Positions 22,494 to 33,369 of a stretch of DNA of 58,149 bases are shown here, one piece after another. Under the pieces are notes generated by a model. The model saw only the letters and a list, made by a program, of their open reading frames with translations, searched no databases and was not told the DNA's origin. The position numbers were made by a program, and so were the translations under genes. This stretch comes from Alphaproteobacteria bacterium (GTDB lineage: Bacteria; Pseudomonadota; Alphaproteobacteria; CAAHEQ01; UBA3637). Each line of letters starts with the position of its first letter. Position 1 is the first letter of the stretch. The DNA lies in NCBI GenBank assembly GCA_045655105.1, contig JAZOOQ010000014.1, forward strand, positions 1 through 58,149, read 5' to 3'.

Positions 22494-22646
22494 ATTTTAA
22501 ATTATAAAGCATGTTTAAATAAGATATATAAATAAGTTCAGTTTGAATTTTTTTATTTCACTATATTTTTAGGCGAAGGAAGTAAATAGCTTGAAACAAA
22601 CAAAAGAAGGTTATTTCTTTTATTTAATGTTTTTCTCATTTAGAAT

Positions 22647-22684
22647 AAAAAAACATCTGCATATTTTAGCTATGCAGATGTTTT
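22647..22684 (-). terminator. Terminator after the PpiD-like gene
   Basis: AAAACATCTGCATA...TATGCAGATGTTTT. Confidence 0.75.
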
Positions 22685-22703
22685 AATAAAACTTTATAAA
22701 AAA

Positions 22704-24608
22704 TTATTCTTGGTTTTTATAAAGAGAAATAATTTGGTTAATCGCTTTTTGATTAACTTTAACATTTAATTTGTTTAAATAATCATTAAATACAGCGTCA
22801 TCTAACATTGATGCATTTGTTTGCTTTTCTGTTGTTTGTATTACTGTTAAATCAATGTTGTTTTGTGTGACATTAGGTTTTTCAATATGATCAATAACCA
22901 AAATCACAGCTCCTTGATTATTTGGTGCTAAAACAAAGGTTGCATTTTGAAGACCTTTATTTTGAGAGAAAATTTGCTTTAAATGTGCTTTAAATAAATT
23001 GTTTTCACTTGTTCTTGTTAATGCAAGAGCTTTTTCATATTTAAAAGAGCCTTCTGTTGTTCTAGCTAATTTTTCAAGATTGGATCCATTTTTCGCTTTT
23101 TGTGTTAAAGATTCAACAACTTTTGTGAAGTTTTCTTTTTGTTTTTCAGCAATAAAAAGATTAATCACATCATTTTTCACTTGAGCAAAAGCTTTAATGC
23201 CAACTGGATCAATTTCAGTGACTTCTCCAATTAAATAACCATTATTATGTTCAATTAATGATGAAATTTCACCTTGTTTTAATGTGAAAATTTCTTGCAT
23301 CAACTCAGATGAAATGAATTCATTTATCTTTCCATCAGTATCTGTTCCTGCAATATCTAATAAGGGTAATTCGCTTGTTTCAAGTGATAAAGCTAAAGCC
23401 GCTTCTTGTAAAGATTTGCCTTCACCTAATAAATCTTCTAATTGACGAGCTACTTCAGTTAATTTATCATATGTTTTATTATTAATCAGAGATTTCTTAA
23501 TTTCTGCTTTAATAATATTTTCATCAGCTTTTACTGCTTCTTTAATATTTTTAATATAAAAAACCTGCCAACCTACATTTGTTTCAATTGGTTGAGTTAT
23601 ATGTCCTTGAGAAATAGAAAAAACAGGTTCTTGCAAAACTTCTGCTAATTGATTTTTTTGAGTCATGCCAAAATAGGTGGCCTCTTTTGTTTGACCAAAG
23701 GCAAGAGCTTTTTCTTCAAAATTTTCTGGATTCAGTTGAGTTAAAGCTGCTTCAGCTTCTTCTTTTGTTTTGAAAAGGATTTGTAAAAGCTCTCTTTCTT
23801 CTGGTTGATCATATTTTGTTTTTTCAAATTCAAAGTTTTTAGCAATTTCTTCATCGCTAATTGGAATGAATTTTTCCATTAAAGCTGGTGTTAATGATAA
23901 TAATCTGATTTTTCGATATTCTGGTTTCATGAAGTTTTCACTGTAAGCTTCATAGTAATCAGTTAATTCTTGATCAGTTGGTTGTTGACTGATAGTCAAA
24001 TCACTTGGTTTTAAAAATAATGCACTGACGTTTCTTGTTTCATTTGAAGATAAGTATGCTAATGTGTTAATTGGAGTAGGGGCATAAGCTAAATCATTTA
24101 ATGTATCTTTTAAATGATTATAGGATAATTCCTCTTTTAATTGATAAGCAAGAGCTGTTTCAGAAAGATTTCTTTGAGATAAAAATGCGTAAAAAATATT
24201 TTTATCAAAGTTTCCAAGAGCATCTTTAAAAATAGGATTGTTTTCAACATATTTTTGAACTGATTCATTTGAAGCAGATAAACCTAAATCTTCTTTGATT
24301 TGATACTTAACTTGTTTATAAATTTCTTCTTGAATAACTTTTTGTAATAAACCAATTTCCAAAGCTTGGGCTGGAGAGATATATTTTCCGCCAATTTGAG
24401 CAGATAAATTTTTGCGTTCTTGGTCAAAAAGTTGAGCAACTTGTTGTGCTGAAACAGAAACCTTTCCAACATTGATGGCTTCATTATTATACATATTTAA
24501 ATTTGTTAAGCCACCAAGCCCCCAAAAGGCCATCATACTGAGCGCTAAGAAACCTAAAATAATTTTTGCGACCCAAGAATTGCCGAGTTTATTAAAAAAA
24601 GTAATCAT
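22704..24608 (-). CDS. PpiD-like periplasmic chaperone (SurA N-terminal plus parvulin-like domains)
   Basis: N-terminal anchor KIILGFLALSMMAFWG; FKDALGNFD; PEYR and PEER motifs; PIETNVGWQV. Confidence 0.85.
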   Translation of the reverse strand: MITFFNKLGNSWVAKIILGFLALSMMAFWGLGGLTNLNMYNNEAINVGKVSVSAQQVAQLFDQERKNLSAQIGGKYISPAQALEIGLLQKVIQEEIYKQVKYQIKEDLGLSASNESVQKYVENNPIFKDALGNFDKNIFYAFLSQRNLSETALAYQLKEELSYNHLKDTLNDLAYAPTPINTLAYLSSNETRNVSALFLKPSDLTISQQPTDQELTDYYEAYSENFMKPEYRKIRLLSLTPALMEKFIPISDEEIAKNFEFEKTKYDQPEERELLQILFKTKEEAEAALTQLNPENFEEKALAFGQTKEATYFGMTQKNQLAEVLQEPVFSISQGHITQPIETNVGWQVFYIKNIKEAVKADENIIKAEIKKSLINNKTYDKLTEVARQLEDLLGEGKSLQEAALALSLETSELPLLDIAGTDTDGKINEFISSELMQEIFTLKQGEISSLIEHNNGYLIGEVTEIDPVGIKAFAQVKNDVINLFIAEKQKENFTKVVESLTQKAKNGSNLEKLARTTEGSFKYEKALALTRTSENNLFKAHLKQIFSQNKGLQNATFVLAPNNQGAVILVIDHIEKPNVTQNNIDLTVIQTTEKQTNASMLDDAVFNDYLNKLNVKVNQKAINQIISLYKNQE

Positions 24609-24726
24609 TTTTGTTTTCCCGTTTTCGTTAATAATAAATCAGTTGTTGATAAGGTAATACCAACAATCGTGTTAAAATTTATATAACACTTTTTTTCTTT
24701 TTGCAAGCGCTTTATCTTTGGCTTTT

Positions 24727-27210
24727 TTATTTTTGATGCATCTTATCTTGAATAAGAGAAATGGCTTCTTCAAGCGATGGAATACTATCTTTTTGTTTAA
24801 CAGATGCCATGATTTTTTTCCATTTTACATAGGGGCCATATCTGCCAATTTGATAGGTGATTTTATCATCTTGCCATTTGCCGATGTCTTTTGATTTTGA
24901 TTTTTCTTTTGCTTGTGAAAGCAATGCCATTGCACGATCAAAATCAATTGTTAGAATATTATCTTCATTTGTTAAAGATTGATATGTTGTTCCTCTTTTT
25001 ATAAATGGGCCAAATTTTCCAAGTCCAGCTTCAATTGGTTCATGTGTTTCAGGATCATTTCCTAAAATGCGTGGTAAAGCAAGAAGTTGAAGTGCTTTTT
25101 CAATAGTAATTGAATCTGGAGCCATAGATTTAGGCAGGCTTGTGCGTTTAGCTTCTTTTCCATCTCCAAGTTGAACATACCAACCATAAGGTCCTTTTTT
25201 TAAACTTACATCTAGTCCTGCTGCATTTTTCCCTAAAATAGTTGCTTGTTTTTCATCAATAGTTGTTTCAATAATTTTTCCATTTTCATCAACTTCAGGG
25301 GGAGTGATTGATGCAAATTGCTTGGTATATTTGCAATTTGGGTAATTAGAACAACCAATAAATGCACCAAATTTTCCAATATGCAAGGCTAGTTTGCCAT
25401 CTTCACAATCAGGGCATTTTCTTGATTCTTCATTCGGAAAAAGTTGTTTTTCAAGAGTTTTTGAAACTGTTTCTAAAATATCCGTCATTTTGGGTGGAAC
25501 AGCTTGAACGGTTGCAAAAAATGTGCTCCAAAAATCATTTAAAACATTTTTCCATTGTAATGCGCCTTGGGTGATTTCATCTAATTTATTTTCCATTTGT
25601 GCAGTATAATCATATTGCACATAGGTATTAAAATAATTTTCCAAAAAGGCGGTTACAATTTTTCCACGATCTTCTGGCACAAATTTTTTAGCCACTAACT
25701 TAACATAGGCGCGTTCTTGTAAAACAGAAAGAATTGTGGCATAAGTAGATGGTCTTCCAATTCCAAGTTCTTCAAGTTTTTTAACAAGACTTGCTTCTGA
25801 AAAGCGAGGAGGGGCTTCTGTGAAGTGTTGTTCTGTTTGAATGTCTTCAATTTTTAACGGATCGGATTCATTCATCTGTGGTAATATTTTTTCATCATCA
25901 TCTTGATTCTTATCATCCACATCTTCTTTATAAACCTTGATAAATCCAGCAAAAGCAATTGTTTGACCTGTTGCTCTTAATTGGGCAGATTTATCTTCAG
26001 CTATAATATCGATACCAACTTTATCTAAAACAGCGCTTTGCATTTGGCTGGCCACAGTTCTTTTCCAAATAAGTTCATAAAGCTTTCTTTGATCTGGTGT
26101 TAAATGTGAGGCAATTGCTTGTGGAGTTCGCATCACGTTTGTTGGGCGAATAGCTTCATGAGCTTCTTGGGCATTTTTTGAATTGTTTTTGTAAATGCGT
26201 GGTTTTTCTGGGAGATAGTCTTTCCCATATTCTTTTTCGATGAGTTCCCGAATAGCAGTTGTTGCTTCGGTTGAAAGGGCAACACTATCTGTTCTCATAT
26301 AAGTAATCAAACCAACGGTTTCTCCACCGATATCAACCCCTTCATAAAGGTTTTGAGCCAGTTGCATGGTTTTTTTTGCTGAAAAACCTAATTTTCTGGA
26401 GGCTTCTTGTTGAATAGTTGATGTGGTAAAAGCTGGGGCCGGATTTCGTTTTGTTTGTTTTCTTTCAATGTTTGAAACTTTAAATGATGCGTTTTTAACA
26501 ATATTTTCAGCTTCTTGAGCTGTTGTTTGATTGTTTAAATCAAATTTTGTGAGTTTTTCGCCCTTTAAATGAGTTAATTTTGCTGAAAATGTTTCATTTG
26601 ATGGCGTGGATAATAACGTTGTAATTGACCAGTATTCTTGCGGAACAAAGGCCGTTATCTCATCTTCGCGTTCGCAAACTAATCGTAATGCCACAGATTG
26701 AACACGTCCTGCTGATTTAGCTCCAGGCAAAGATCTCCAAAGTAAAGGAGAAATAGAAAAACCAACTAAATAATCAAGAGCCCTTCTTGCTAAATAAGCA
26801 TCAACAAGTTGCATATCAATATCACGAGGGTTTTTGATGGCGTCTAAAATTGCATTTTTTGTAATTTCATGAAAGACAACCCTGTGAATAGGGAGTGTTT
26901 CAGGTAATTTTTTTCGGCGTTTTAATTCTTGAACAACATGCCAAGCAATAGCTTCTCCTTCACGATCAGGGTCGGAAGCCAAATATAATGCATCTGCTTT
27001 TTGCAATGCTTTAATCATTTCACGAACTGTTTTTTCGCCTCGTGATTGAACTTCCCAATCCATAGCAAAATCTTCATTAGGCCTAACAGATCCTGTTTTA
27101 GCAGGAACATCACGAATGTGGCCAAAACTAGCCATTACAAAATAGTCTTTTCCTAAATATTTATTGATCGTTTTTGCTTTTGCTGGAGATTCCACGATAA
27201 CAAGTTTCAT
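24727..27210 (-). CDS. topA: DNA topoisomerase I
   Basis: LVIVESPAKAKTI, DPDREGEAI, SAGRVQS, LITYMRTD, Zn ribbon; start ATG 27210 overlaps the dprA stop (TAATG). Confidence 0.98.
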   Translation of the reverse strand: MKLVIVESPAKAKTINKYLGKDYFVMASFGHIRDVPAKTGSVRPNEDFAMDWEVQSRGEKTVREMIKALQKADALYLASDPDREGEAIAWHVVQELKRRKKLPETLPIHRVVFHEITKNAILDAIKNPRDIDMQLVDAYLARRALDYLVGFSISPLLWRSLPGAKSAGRVQSVALRLVCEREDEITAFVPQEYWSITTLLSTPSNETFSAKLTHLKGEKLTKFDLNNQTTAQEAENIVKNASFKVSNIERKQTKRNPAPAFTTSTIQQEASRKLGFSAKKTMQLAQNLYEGVDIGGETVGLITYMRTDSVALSTEATTAIRELIEKEYGKDYLPEKPRIYKNNSKNAQEAHEAIRPTNVMRTPQAIASHLTPDQRKLYELIWKRTVASQMQSAVLDKVGIDIIAEDKSAQLRATGQTIAFAGFIKVYKEDVDDKNQDDDEKILPQMNESDPLKIEDIQTEQHFTEAPPRFSEASLVKKLEELGIGRPSTYATILSVLQERAYVKLVAKKFVPEDRGKIVTAFLENYFNTYVQYDYTAQMENKLDEITQGALQWKNVLNDFWSTFFATVQAVPPKMTDILETVSKTLEKQLFPNEESRKCPDCEDGKLALHIGKFGAFIGCSNYPNCKYTKQFASITPPEVDENGKIIETTIDEKQATILGKNAAGLDVSLKKGPYGWYVQLGDGKEAKRTSLPKSMAPDSITIEKALQLLALPRILGNDPETHEPIEAGLGKFGPFIKRGTTYQSLTNEDNILTIDFDRAMALLSQAKEKSKSKDIGKWQDDKITYQIGRYGPYVKWKKIMASVKQKDSIPSLEEAISLIQDKMHQK

Positions 27211-28346
27211 TATATAACCCATTCATTATTATAAATAAGTGCAACATATTGCCCAGCAAAACGTTCAATTTTGCCAGCAATTTCTAATTCCATTAATATG
27301 GTATTAACAATATAAGGTGCAAGCCCTGTTTCTCTGATTAAAACATCAATATGAGTGGCTTGTGGTGATAATTTGTCTAATAAAGTTTTTCGAGCCTGAT
27401 TAATCTCTGCTTCTGCAATTTTAAGCGATAAGGCATCTAATTGTTCAGATTTTTCATATGAATCAAAAAATCTAAAAGATGTTTCATTATCGATAATGTT
27501 TAATATATCTTCAGCAGAGGAAACAAGATGGGCACCATCTTTGATCAGTTGATTGGGTCCTGCCGCTCTTGAATCAAGTGGTGATCCAGGTATCGCAAAA
27601 ACTTCTCTTCCTTGAGAAAGGGCTTCTCTTGCTGTAATTAAAGAGCCAGACATTAAACTTGCTTCAATAACAAGAGTGCCATAACTTAATCCAGAAATAA
27701 TTCGGTTGCGACGCGGAAAGGCGGATGGCGTTGGCTTTGTGCCAAAAGGCATTTCGCTGACCAAAAGACCTTGTTCTTTAATTTTATCGTAAATATCTTG
27801 ATTTTCTCTTGGATAAAGAACATCAACTCCCGTTCCAAGAACGGCAATTGTTGAACCAGAAGAAACATTAGAAACTAAAGCTCCCTCATGGGCTGCTCGA
27901 TCTATTCCTTTTGCAAGTCCCGAAATAACAGTAATATTTTGACTTGATAGATCATAGGCTGTTTTTTTTGCCAAAGAAATTCCATTTAAGGATGCATTTC
28001 TGCTTCCAACAATAGAGATGCTTTTTTGATTTAATAGTTTTTTATTGCCGTAAATAAATAAAACAGGTGGTGCATCCTCAATATATTTTAAAAGATTAGG
28101 GTAGTCTGCATCCTCTAAAAATAAAATTTGAGCTCCAGTTTTTTGAGCTGTTTCAAATTGTTCATAAACAAAAGAATCTGGGGGTAATTTAATAACTCTT
28201 TTGGATGATTTAAATTTAAAATCCAAAATGTTTTCAATGGCTTTATCCGCACTTTTGAAGTGTTTGATAAGCTCTTTAAATGTAATCGGCCCAACGTTTT
28301 GACTGAGCGCTAATTTTAAATAGGCAAAACGTTCTTTTGTATTCAT
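27210..28346 (-). CDS. dprA: DNA-processing protein DprA
   Basis: IVGSRNAS, SGLAKGID, FPRRNRIISG, SGSLITA, GREVFAIPG. Confidence 0.96.
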   Translation of the reverse strand: MNTKERFAYLKLALSQNVGPITFKELIKHFKSADKAIENILDFKFKSSKRVIKLPPDSFVYEQFETAQKTGAQILFLEDADYPNLLKYIEDAPPVLFIYGNKKLLNQKSISIVGSRNASLNGISLAKKTAYDLSSQNITVISGLAKGIDRAAHEGALVSNVSSGSTIAVLGTGVDVLYPRENQDIYDKIKEQGLLVSEMPFGTKPTPSAFPRRNRIISGLSYGTLVIEASLMSGSLITAREALSQGREVFAIPGSPLDSRAAGPNQLIKDGAHLVSSAEDILNIIDNETSFRFFDSYEKSEQLDALSLKIAEAEINQARKTLLDKLSPQATHIDVLIRETGLAPYIVNTILMELEIAGKIERFAGQYVALIYNNEWVI

Positions 28347-28351
28347 TTATA

Positions 28352-28948
28352 TTAAGCCTTCCGTTTTAATTTGATTTTGCTTTCTTCGCCTTTTAAAATG
28401 CGTTTAATGTTGTCTTTATGGCGATAAAAAGAAAGAAGTGCTAACCCTAAATAAATAAGAGAGATGATTGGGCTTTCAAAGAATAAGGCATAAACAGGAG
28501 ATAAGGCCAAAGCTGTTAAAGCAGATAAAGATGAATATTTAAATGTAAAAGCCATAAACAACCAGGTGAGGGCAGTTAAAATACCAACAAGAGGAGTCAT
28601 CGCAATCATTAAACCTAAAGTAGCAGCAACACCTTTGCCCCCTTTGAATTTTAACCAAATAGGATAATTATGACCAATAATAGCGGCTACACCAGATAAA
28701 ACGCCAATAATTTCATTTTGGGAAATATATTTGAATAATAAAGCAATAATTGCTGCTTTACCTGCATCTAAAATAAGTGTTAATAAAGCTAAATCTTTTC
28801 GACCAGTTCTTAAAACATTTGTTGCGCCAATATTACCAGATCCGATCTTGCGGATATCGCCAAGACCAGCAGCTTTTGTTAAAACCAATCCAAAAGGGAT
28901 AGACCCAATTAAATAACCAATTAATAATGCAAAAATAGATATAATCAT
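28352..28948 (-). CDS. plsY: Glycerol-3-phosphate acyltransferase
   Basis: GSIPFG, GSGNIGATNVLR, FKGGKGVA, RHKDNIKR. Confidence 0.97.
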   Translation of the reverse strand: MIISIFALLIGYLIGSIPFGLVLTKAAGLGDIRKIGSGNIGATNVLRTGRKDLALLTLILDAGKAAIIALLFKYISQNEIIGVLSGVAAIIGHNYPIWLKFKGGKGVAATLGLMIAMTPLVGILTALTWLFMAFTFKYSSLSALTALALSPVYALFFESPIISLIYLGLALLSFYRHKDNIKRILKGEESKIKLKRKA

Positions 28949-29016
28949 TTTAAGAAACCTCCTTAAATCTTTTCTTTTTTACATAAAATATGATAAAAAG
29001 GCAAGAAAAAAATATT

Positions 29017-30780
29017 TTAAGTAGCAAGTGCAGCATCTATAATCTGCATTTGAACTTTTGTGTTACCTTTCCATGTATCTTTTTTAAGAGTGCCCGCGAT
29101 ATGAAGATAAACTTTTTCTTTATTGAGAAGTTTATGACCTAATTCTGTATCAACAGATCTAAAGGCAATTGCATTGATATATTTGCCAGATTTTGAAGAG
29201 AGGACGCATGCGATATGGCCATTTTTTAAAATGGTGGTTTTACTGATCATCATATCCTTTAAAACAAAAATAGGCTCGGGGTTTGCTTCTCCAAAAGGGG
29301 CAAGCAAAAGAATTTTATCCATCAGATCAACCGTGACACTTTGCGCATTTAAAATAGCGTCTATTTCGAGCATACTGCCATCATTTGCAATCATGTTGCT
29401 TTTGATGTTTTCGGTTAAATAATCTTTAAAAGCTTGCAAATTTTCTTTTTTAAGTGAAAAACCTGCCGCCATAGGGTGTCCACCGCCACGGCTTAAAATT
29501 CCTTTTTGAATCGCGTTCATAACCAAAGTTCCAAGATCAACTCCTTGAACAGAGCGAGAAGATCCTTTGATTTCATCTTCTTCAATGCTTAAAGCAAAAA
29601 CAGGCATGTTATACTTATCTTTTAAACGACCAGCAACAATCCCAACAACGCCTTGATGCCAATTCTCTCCTTCAACTACGATAAAAGGGGTGGCCAGTTC
29701 TTTGGATTCAACTTGTTCAATAGCCTCTAATAAAACAGCTGTTTCAATTTCCCTTCTTGTTAAATTTAATGCTTCTAATTCTTGCGCCAAAACACCAGCT
29801 TTAATCGGATCAGATGATGAAAGTAGATGCATTCCGATATCTGATTTTCCAACACGGCCACAAGCATTAATTCTAGGACCAAATACATATCCTAAATGAT
29901 AAGCTGAGGGTGGTTCTGATAAATTGACGAGTTGGGCTAAAGCTTTTAATCCTAAATTATTTTGAGTTTGCATTTGCTTGAGCCCAGCTTTAACAAAAAG
30001 TCTATTAACCCCTTGTAAGCGAACAACATCGCAAACAGTTCCAAATGCAACTAAATCTAAATATTTAATTAAGTTTGGTTCTTTTTTATTTTGGTAAAAT
30101 CCTTTTTCTCTTAAGATGGTGTTAAGAGCAACACTAAATAAAAAGATAACACCAACAGCAGCCATATAGTGGCAAGGATGATGGGGATCTTCATCTAATC
30201 TTTTGGGATTAACAATCGCATAAGCATTTGGATATCTTTTTTCATCAGCATCATGATGGTCTAAAACAATCACATCTATGCCAAGATTTGTTCCTTCTTG
30301 AATAGGGTCAAACGCAGTCATCCCACAATCAAGTGTTGCAACAACAGTGCAACCTTTTTTATGATATTCATGCATTTTGCTTGCGCTTGGGCCATATCCA
30401 TCTTCGCGATCAGGAATATATGAATAAACAGTTACACCAAGTTCTTCTAAAAACATTTTTAAAAGAGCGGTTGATGTGGCTCCATCAACATCATAATCAC
30501 CCATTAGACCGATAGGTTCATTGTTTAATATAGCTTTAGCCATTCTTTCGGCTGCTTTTTTCATGTCAATCAATGAAAATGGGTTTGGAAGATTATTTTT
30601 TAAAGTTGGATATAAAAATGTTCCAACATCATCTAAATTTTCAATTCGGGCAGATAAAATTTTTGAAACAATATCTGGTAAATCATACCTTTGGGAAATT
30701 GCCAAAGCTAGTCTTTCATCAATATTTTTATATACCCACTTTAAACCGTTAAACGAACTTTCTACACCTAAAACACTCAT
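29017..30780 (-). CDS. recJ: ssDNA exonuclease RecJ
   Basis: GDYDVDG, DHH, GTVCDVV, PRINACGR, GGGHPMAAG, PFGEANPEP. Confidence 0.97.
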   Translation of the reverse strand: MSVLGVESSFNGLKWVYKNIDERLALAISQRYDLPDIVSKILSARIENLDDVGTFLYPTLKNNLPNPFSLIDMKKAAERMAKAILNNEPIGLMGDYDVDGATSTALLKMFLEELGVTVYSYIPDREDGYGPSASKMHEYHKKGCTVVATLDCGMTAFDPIQEGTNLGIDVIVLDHHDADEKRYPNAYAIVNPKRLDEDPHHPCHYMAAVGVIFLFSVALNTILREKGFYQNKKEPNLIKYLDLVAFGTVCDVVRLQGVNRLFVKAGLKQMQTQNNLGLKALAQLVNLSEPPSAYHLGYVFGPRINACGRVGKSDIGMHLLSSSDPIKAGVLAQELEALNLTRREIETAVLLEAIEQVESKELATPFIVVEGENWHQGVVGIVAGRLKDKYNMPVFALSIEEDEIKGSSRSVQGVDLGTLVMNAIQKGILSRGGGHPMAAGFSLKKENLQAFKDYLTENIKSNMIANDGSMLEIDAILNAQSVTVDLMDKILLLAPFGEANPEPIFVLKDMMISKTTILKNGHIACVLSSKSGKYINAIAFRSVDTELGHKLLNKEKVYLHIAGTLKKDTWKGNTKVQMQIIDAALAT

Positions 30781-30859
30781 ACTCGAACCTTTATTTTTTC
30801 TTTTTAATTACTTTATCTTGAATTAAACAAAAAATCAAGAAAAAATAAATTAATTGTGC

Positions 30860-30888
30860 TTGCAATAGGTTTTGTTTTTGTTTATACT
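30860..30888 (+). promoter_or_regulatory. Sigma70-type promoter for glgA-ddh
   Basis: TTGCAA-N17-TATACT. Confidence 0.6.
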
Positions 30889-30923
30889 CTTAAAAAGAGA
30901 AATAACGTTAAAGGGGATTTTAA

Positions 30924-32408
30924 ATGACGCAAAATATCTTATTTGTTGCAAGTGAAATGACTCCGTTTATCAAAACAGGAGGGTTGGGTGACGTTGTTGG
31001 AGCTTTGCCAAAAACTTTGGCGGAGGCTCATCGTGTGAATATAAAAGTGATTGTTCCACTTTACTCTAGCATTGATTATCAAAAGTTTGGTCTTTATCGT
31101 GTGATGCAAGGCAACTGCGTTGCAATGGGTAATTGTCAGGAATTTTTCAGTGTTCATCGTTCAGACTATGTGCCTGGTGTTGAAACTTATTTCATTGAAT
31201 TTAATAAATATTTTGGAAGACCTGTTTGGCGCCAACATGGAATTTATGATGATTGTGCAACGCATCAAGAATATCAAGATAATGCTTATCGTTTTTCATT
31301 TTTTTGCAGAGCGGCGCTTCAAACGGCAAAAGATATGAATTTTAAACCAAATGTGATTCATGTTCATGATTGGCAAACATCATTAATCCCTTATTATTTA
31401 AAACATGATAATGATCCATTTTTCTATGGTACCAAAAGTTTATTAACTTTACATAATTTACCATATCAAGGGCGCTTTGGTTCAGATGTTGTTCCATATG
31501 CAAAAATTGAGTGGAGGGATTTCCATGCAGGGGCTTTTGAAGATTATGGTAGAATCAACTTATTAAAAGGCGGTATTCGTTTTGCAGATAAGTTAAATAC
31601 GGTTTCACCAAATTATGCAAAAGAAATTTTAACCCCAGAATATGGGGCTGGGCTTGATTTTCTTTTAAGAGAACGTCAAGGAGATTTAGTTGGTATTTTA
31701 AATGGGATTGACACAAAACTTTGGAATCCTTCTAAAGATTTGATTATTCCTAAACAGTATTCATTTGAAAATTTTGATGAAGCTAAACGTTTGAATAAAC
31801 GTGAATTGAGAAAAGAATTTGGGTTATCTCAAGATGACTATAAGCCTATTTTTTCAATGGCAGTGCGTTTAACAGAACAAAAAGGCGTTAAAATGTTAAC
31901 AGAGTGCTTGGAACCTGTTTTGCAAACAATGCAATGTCAAGTTGCAATTATGGGAAATGGCGATAGCTGGATTCAAGATTATTTTTCATCGTTGCCGAAT
32001 AAATATAAAGGCCAAATTGGAGTTAAGATTGGATTTGATCAGGAAACAGAGCATTTAATGGATGCGGGATCTGATTTTTCGCTTGTGCCATCAATTTATG
32101 AGCCTTGTGGATTAAAGCAAATGGTAAGCCAAACTTATGGAGCATTGCCAATTGGGCGTGCAACTGGCGGTTTAGATGACACAATTTTTAATTATAATGA
32201 ATCCTATGGTGTTGGCACCGGATTTAAATTTAGAGATATTTCATCGCGTGCTTTGTATAATACAATTGGGTGGGCAAACGCAACTTACTTTGATAGACCA
32301 GAGCATATTAAGTCTCTTACAAAGATGGCGATGAAACAGGATTATTCTTGGGATAGATCCTCAAAAGAATATAAAGATTTGTATCAAAATTTATCGGGAG
32401 TATATTAA
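30924..32408 (+). CDS. glgA: Glycogen synthase
   Basis: KTGGLGDV, HVHDWQT, HNLPYQG, PSIYEPCGL. Confidence 0.95.
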   Translation: MTQNILFVASEMTPFIKTGGLGDVVGALPKTLAEAHRVNIKVIVPLYSSIDYQKFGLYRVMQGNCVAMGNCQEFFSVHRSDYVPGVETYFIEFNKYFGRPVWRQHGIYDDCATHQEYQDNAYRFSFFCRAALQTAKDMNFKPNVIHVHDWQTSLIPYYLKHDNDPFFYGTKSLLTLHNLPYQGRFGSDVVPYAKIEWRDFHAGAFEDYGRINLLKGGIRFADKLNTVSPNYAKEILTPEYGAGLDFLLRERQGDLVGILNGIDTKLWNPSKDLIIPKQYSFENFDEAKRLNKRELRKEFGLSQDDYKPIFSMAVRLTEQKGVKMLTECLEPVLQTMQCQVAIMGNGDSWIQDYFSSLPNKYKGQIGVKIGFDQETEHLMDAGSDFSLVPSIYEPCGLKQMVSQTYGALPIGRATGGLDDTIFNYNESYGVGTGFKFRDISSRALYNTIGWANATYFDRPEHIKSLTKMAMKQDYSWDRSSKEYKDLYQNLSGVY

Positions 32409-33316
32409 TGCAAAAAATATCAGTTGCAATTGTTGGATGGGGAAATGTGGGTCGTGGTTGTAAACGGGCAATTTCCGAATGTTCAGATTTAGTTTTAGCT
32501 GGCGTTGTTCGGCGGGCTTCTTCATTAAAATATGAAGATCCTGATTTGGAAAATACGCTTGTTGTTTCTGATATTACAGAACTTGAACATGTTGATGTGG
32601 CTATTTTATGTATTCCATCACGTGAAGTTCCAGAACGTGTGAAACAATATCATGAACTTGGTATTTCAACGATTGATAGTTATGATGAGCATTCAAATAT
32701 TGCCTCTGTTCGAAGAGATTTAGATATTTCTGCAAAATCAAAAAAAGTTGTTTCAATTATTGGAGCTGGTTGGGATCCAGGCACCGATTCTGCCATTCGT
32801 GCTATTATGAAGCTTGTTTCTATTACAGGGCATGGAACAACCACTTTTGGTGGTGAAAAAGGTGGGCGTAGTATGGGGCATACTGCTCAAGTTAAGCAAA
32901 TTGCAGGTGTTAAAGATGCTGTGGCTTTAACATTGGCAAATGGTCGTGGAAAACAAAAGAGAAAAGTATACGTTGAACTTGAGAAAGATGCAGATTTTGA
33001 TTCTGTTGAAAAAGCGATTGTTTCAGATCCTTATTTTAAAAATGATCCAACAGAGGTAATTGTTGTTAAGGATATTAATAAATATAACACATTGAATCAT
33101 TCTGTTTGTTTGGAAAGAACAGGAATGCAAGTGAATCAAAAATATGAAGCAGAAGGTGTTAATCCAGAGTTTACAGCTAATATTATGGTTTCATGCGCCA
33201 GAGCTTGCATGAAAGCATATGTGGATGAAGATTTTGGAGCATATACATTTATTGAAAGGCCTTTAATTGATTATTTGCCTGGTTTAACAATTGATGAAAA
33301 ATTAGAAATCTATTAA
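32408..33316 (+). CDS. ddh: meso-diaminopimelate D-dehydrogenase
   Basis: IVGWGNVG, GAGWDPGTDS, GRSMGH, NPEFTA; TAATG overlap with glgA. Confidence 0.88.
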   Translation: MQKISVAIVGWGNVGRGCKRAISECSDLVLAGVVRRASSLKYEDPDLENTLVVSDITELEHVDVAILCIPSREVPERVKQYHELGISTIDSYDEHSNIASVRRDLDISAKSKKVVSIIGAGWDPGTDSAIRAIMKLVSITGHGTTTFGGEKGGRSMGHTAQVKQIAGVKDAVALTLANGRGKQKRKVYVELEKDADFDSVEKAIVSDPYFKNDPTEVIVVKDINKYNTLNHSVCLERTGMQVNQKYEAEGVNPEFTANIMVSCARACMKAYVDEDFGAYTFIERPLIDYLPGLTIDEKLEIY

Positions 33317-33323
33317 TAAAAGC

Positions 33324-33353
33324 AAAAAGCCTTCAAAAATGAAGGCTTTTTTT
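33324..33353 (+). terminator. Terminator after ddh
   Basis: AAAAAGCCTTCA-aaaa-TGAAGGCTTTTTTT. Confidence 0.8.
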
Positions 33354-33369
33354 ATATAATAAAAACTAC

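Noticed and set aside
22494-22646. AT-rich spacer between the rpmE and PpiD-like terminators as an sRNA or small ORF
   Set aside because: No convincing promoter, SD-led ORF or structure seen.
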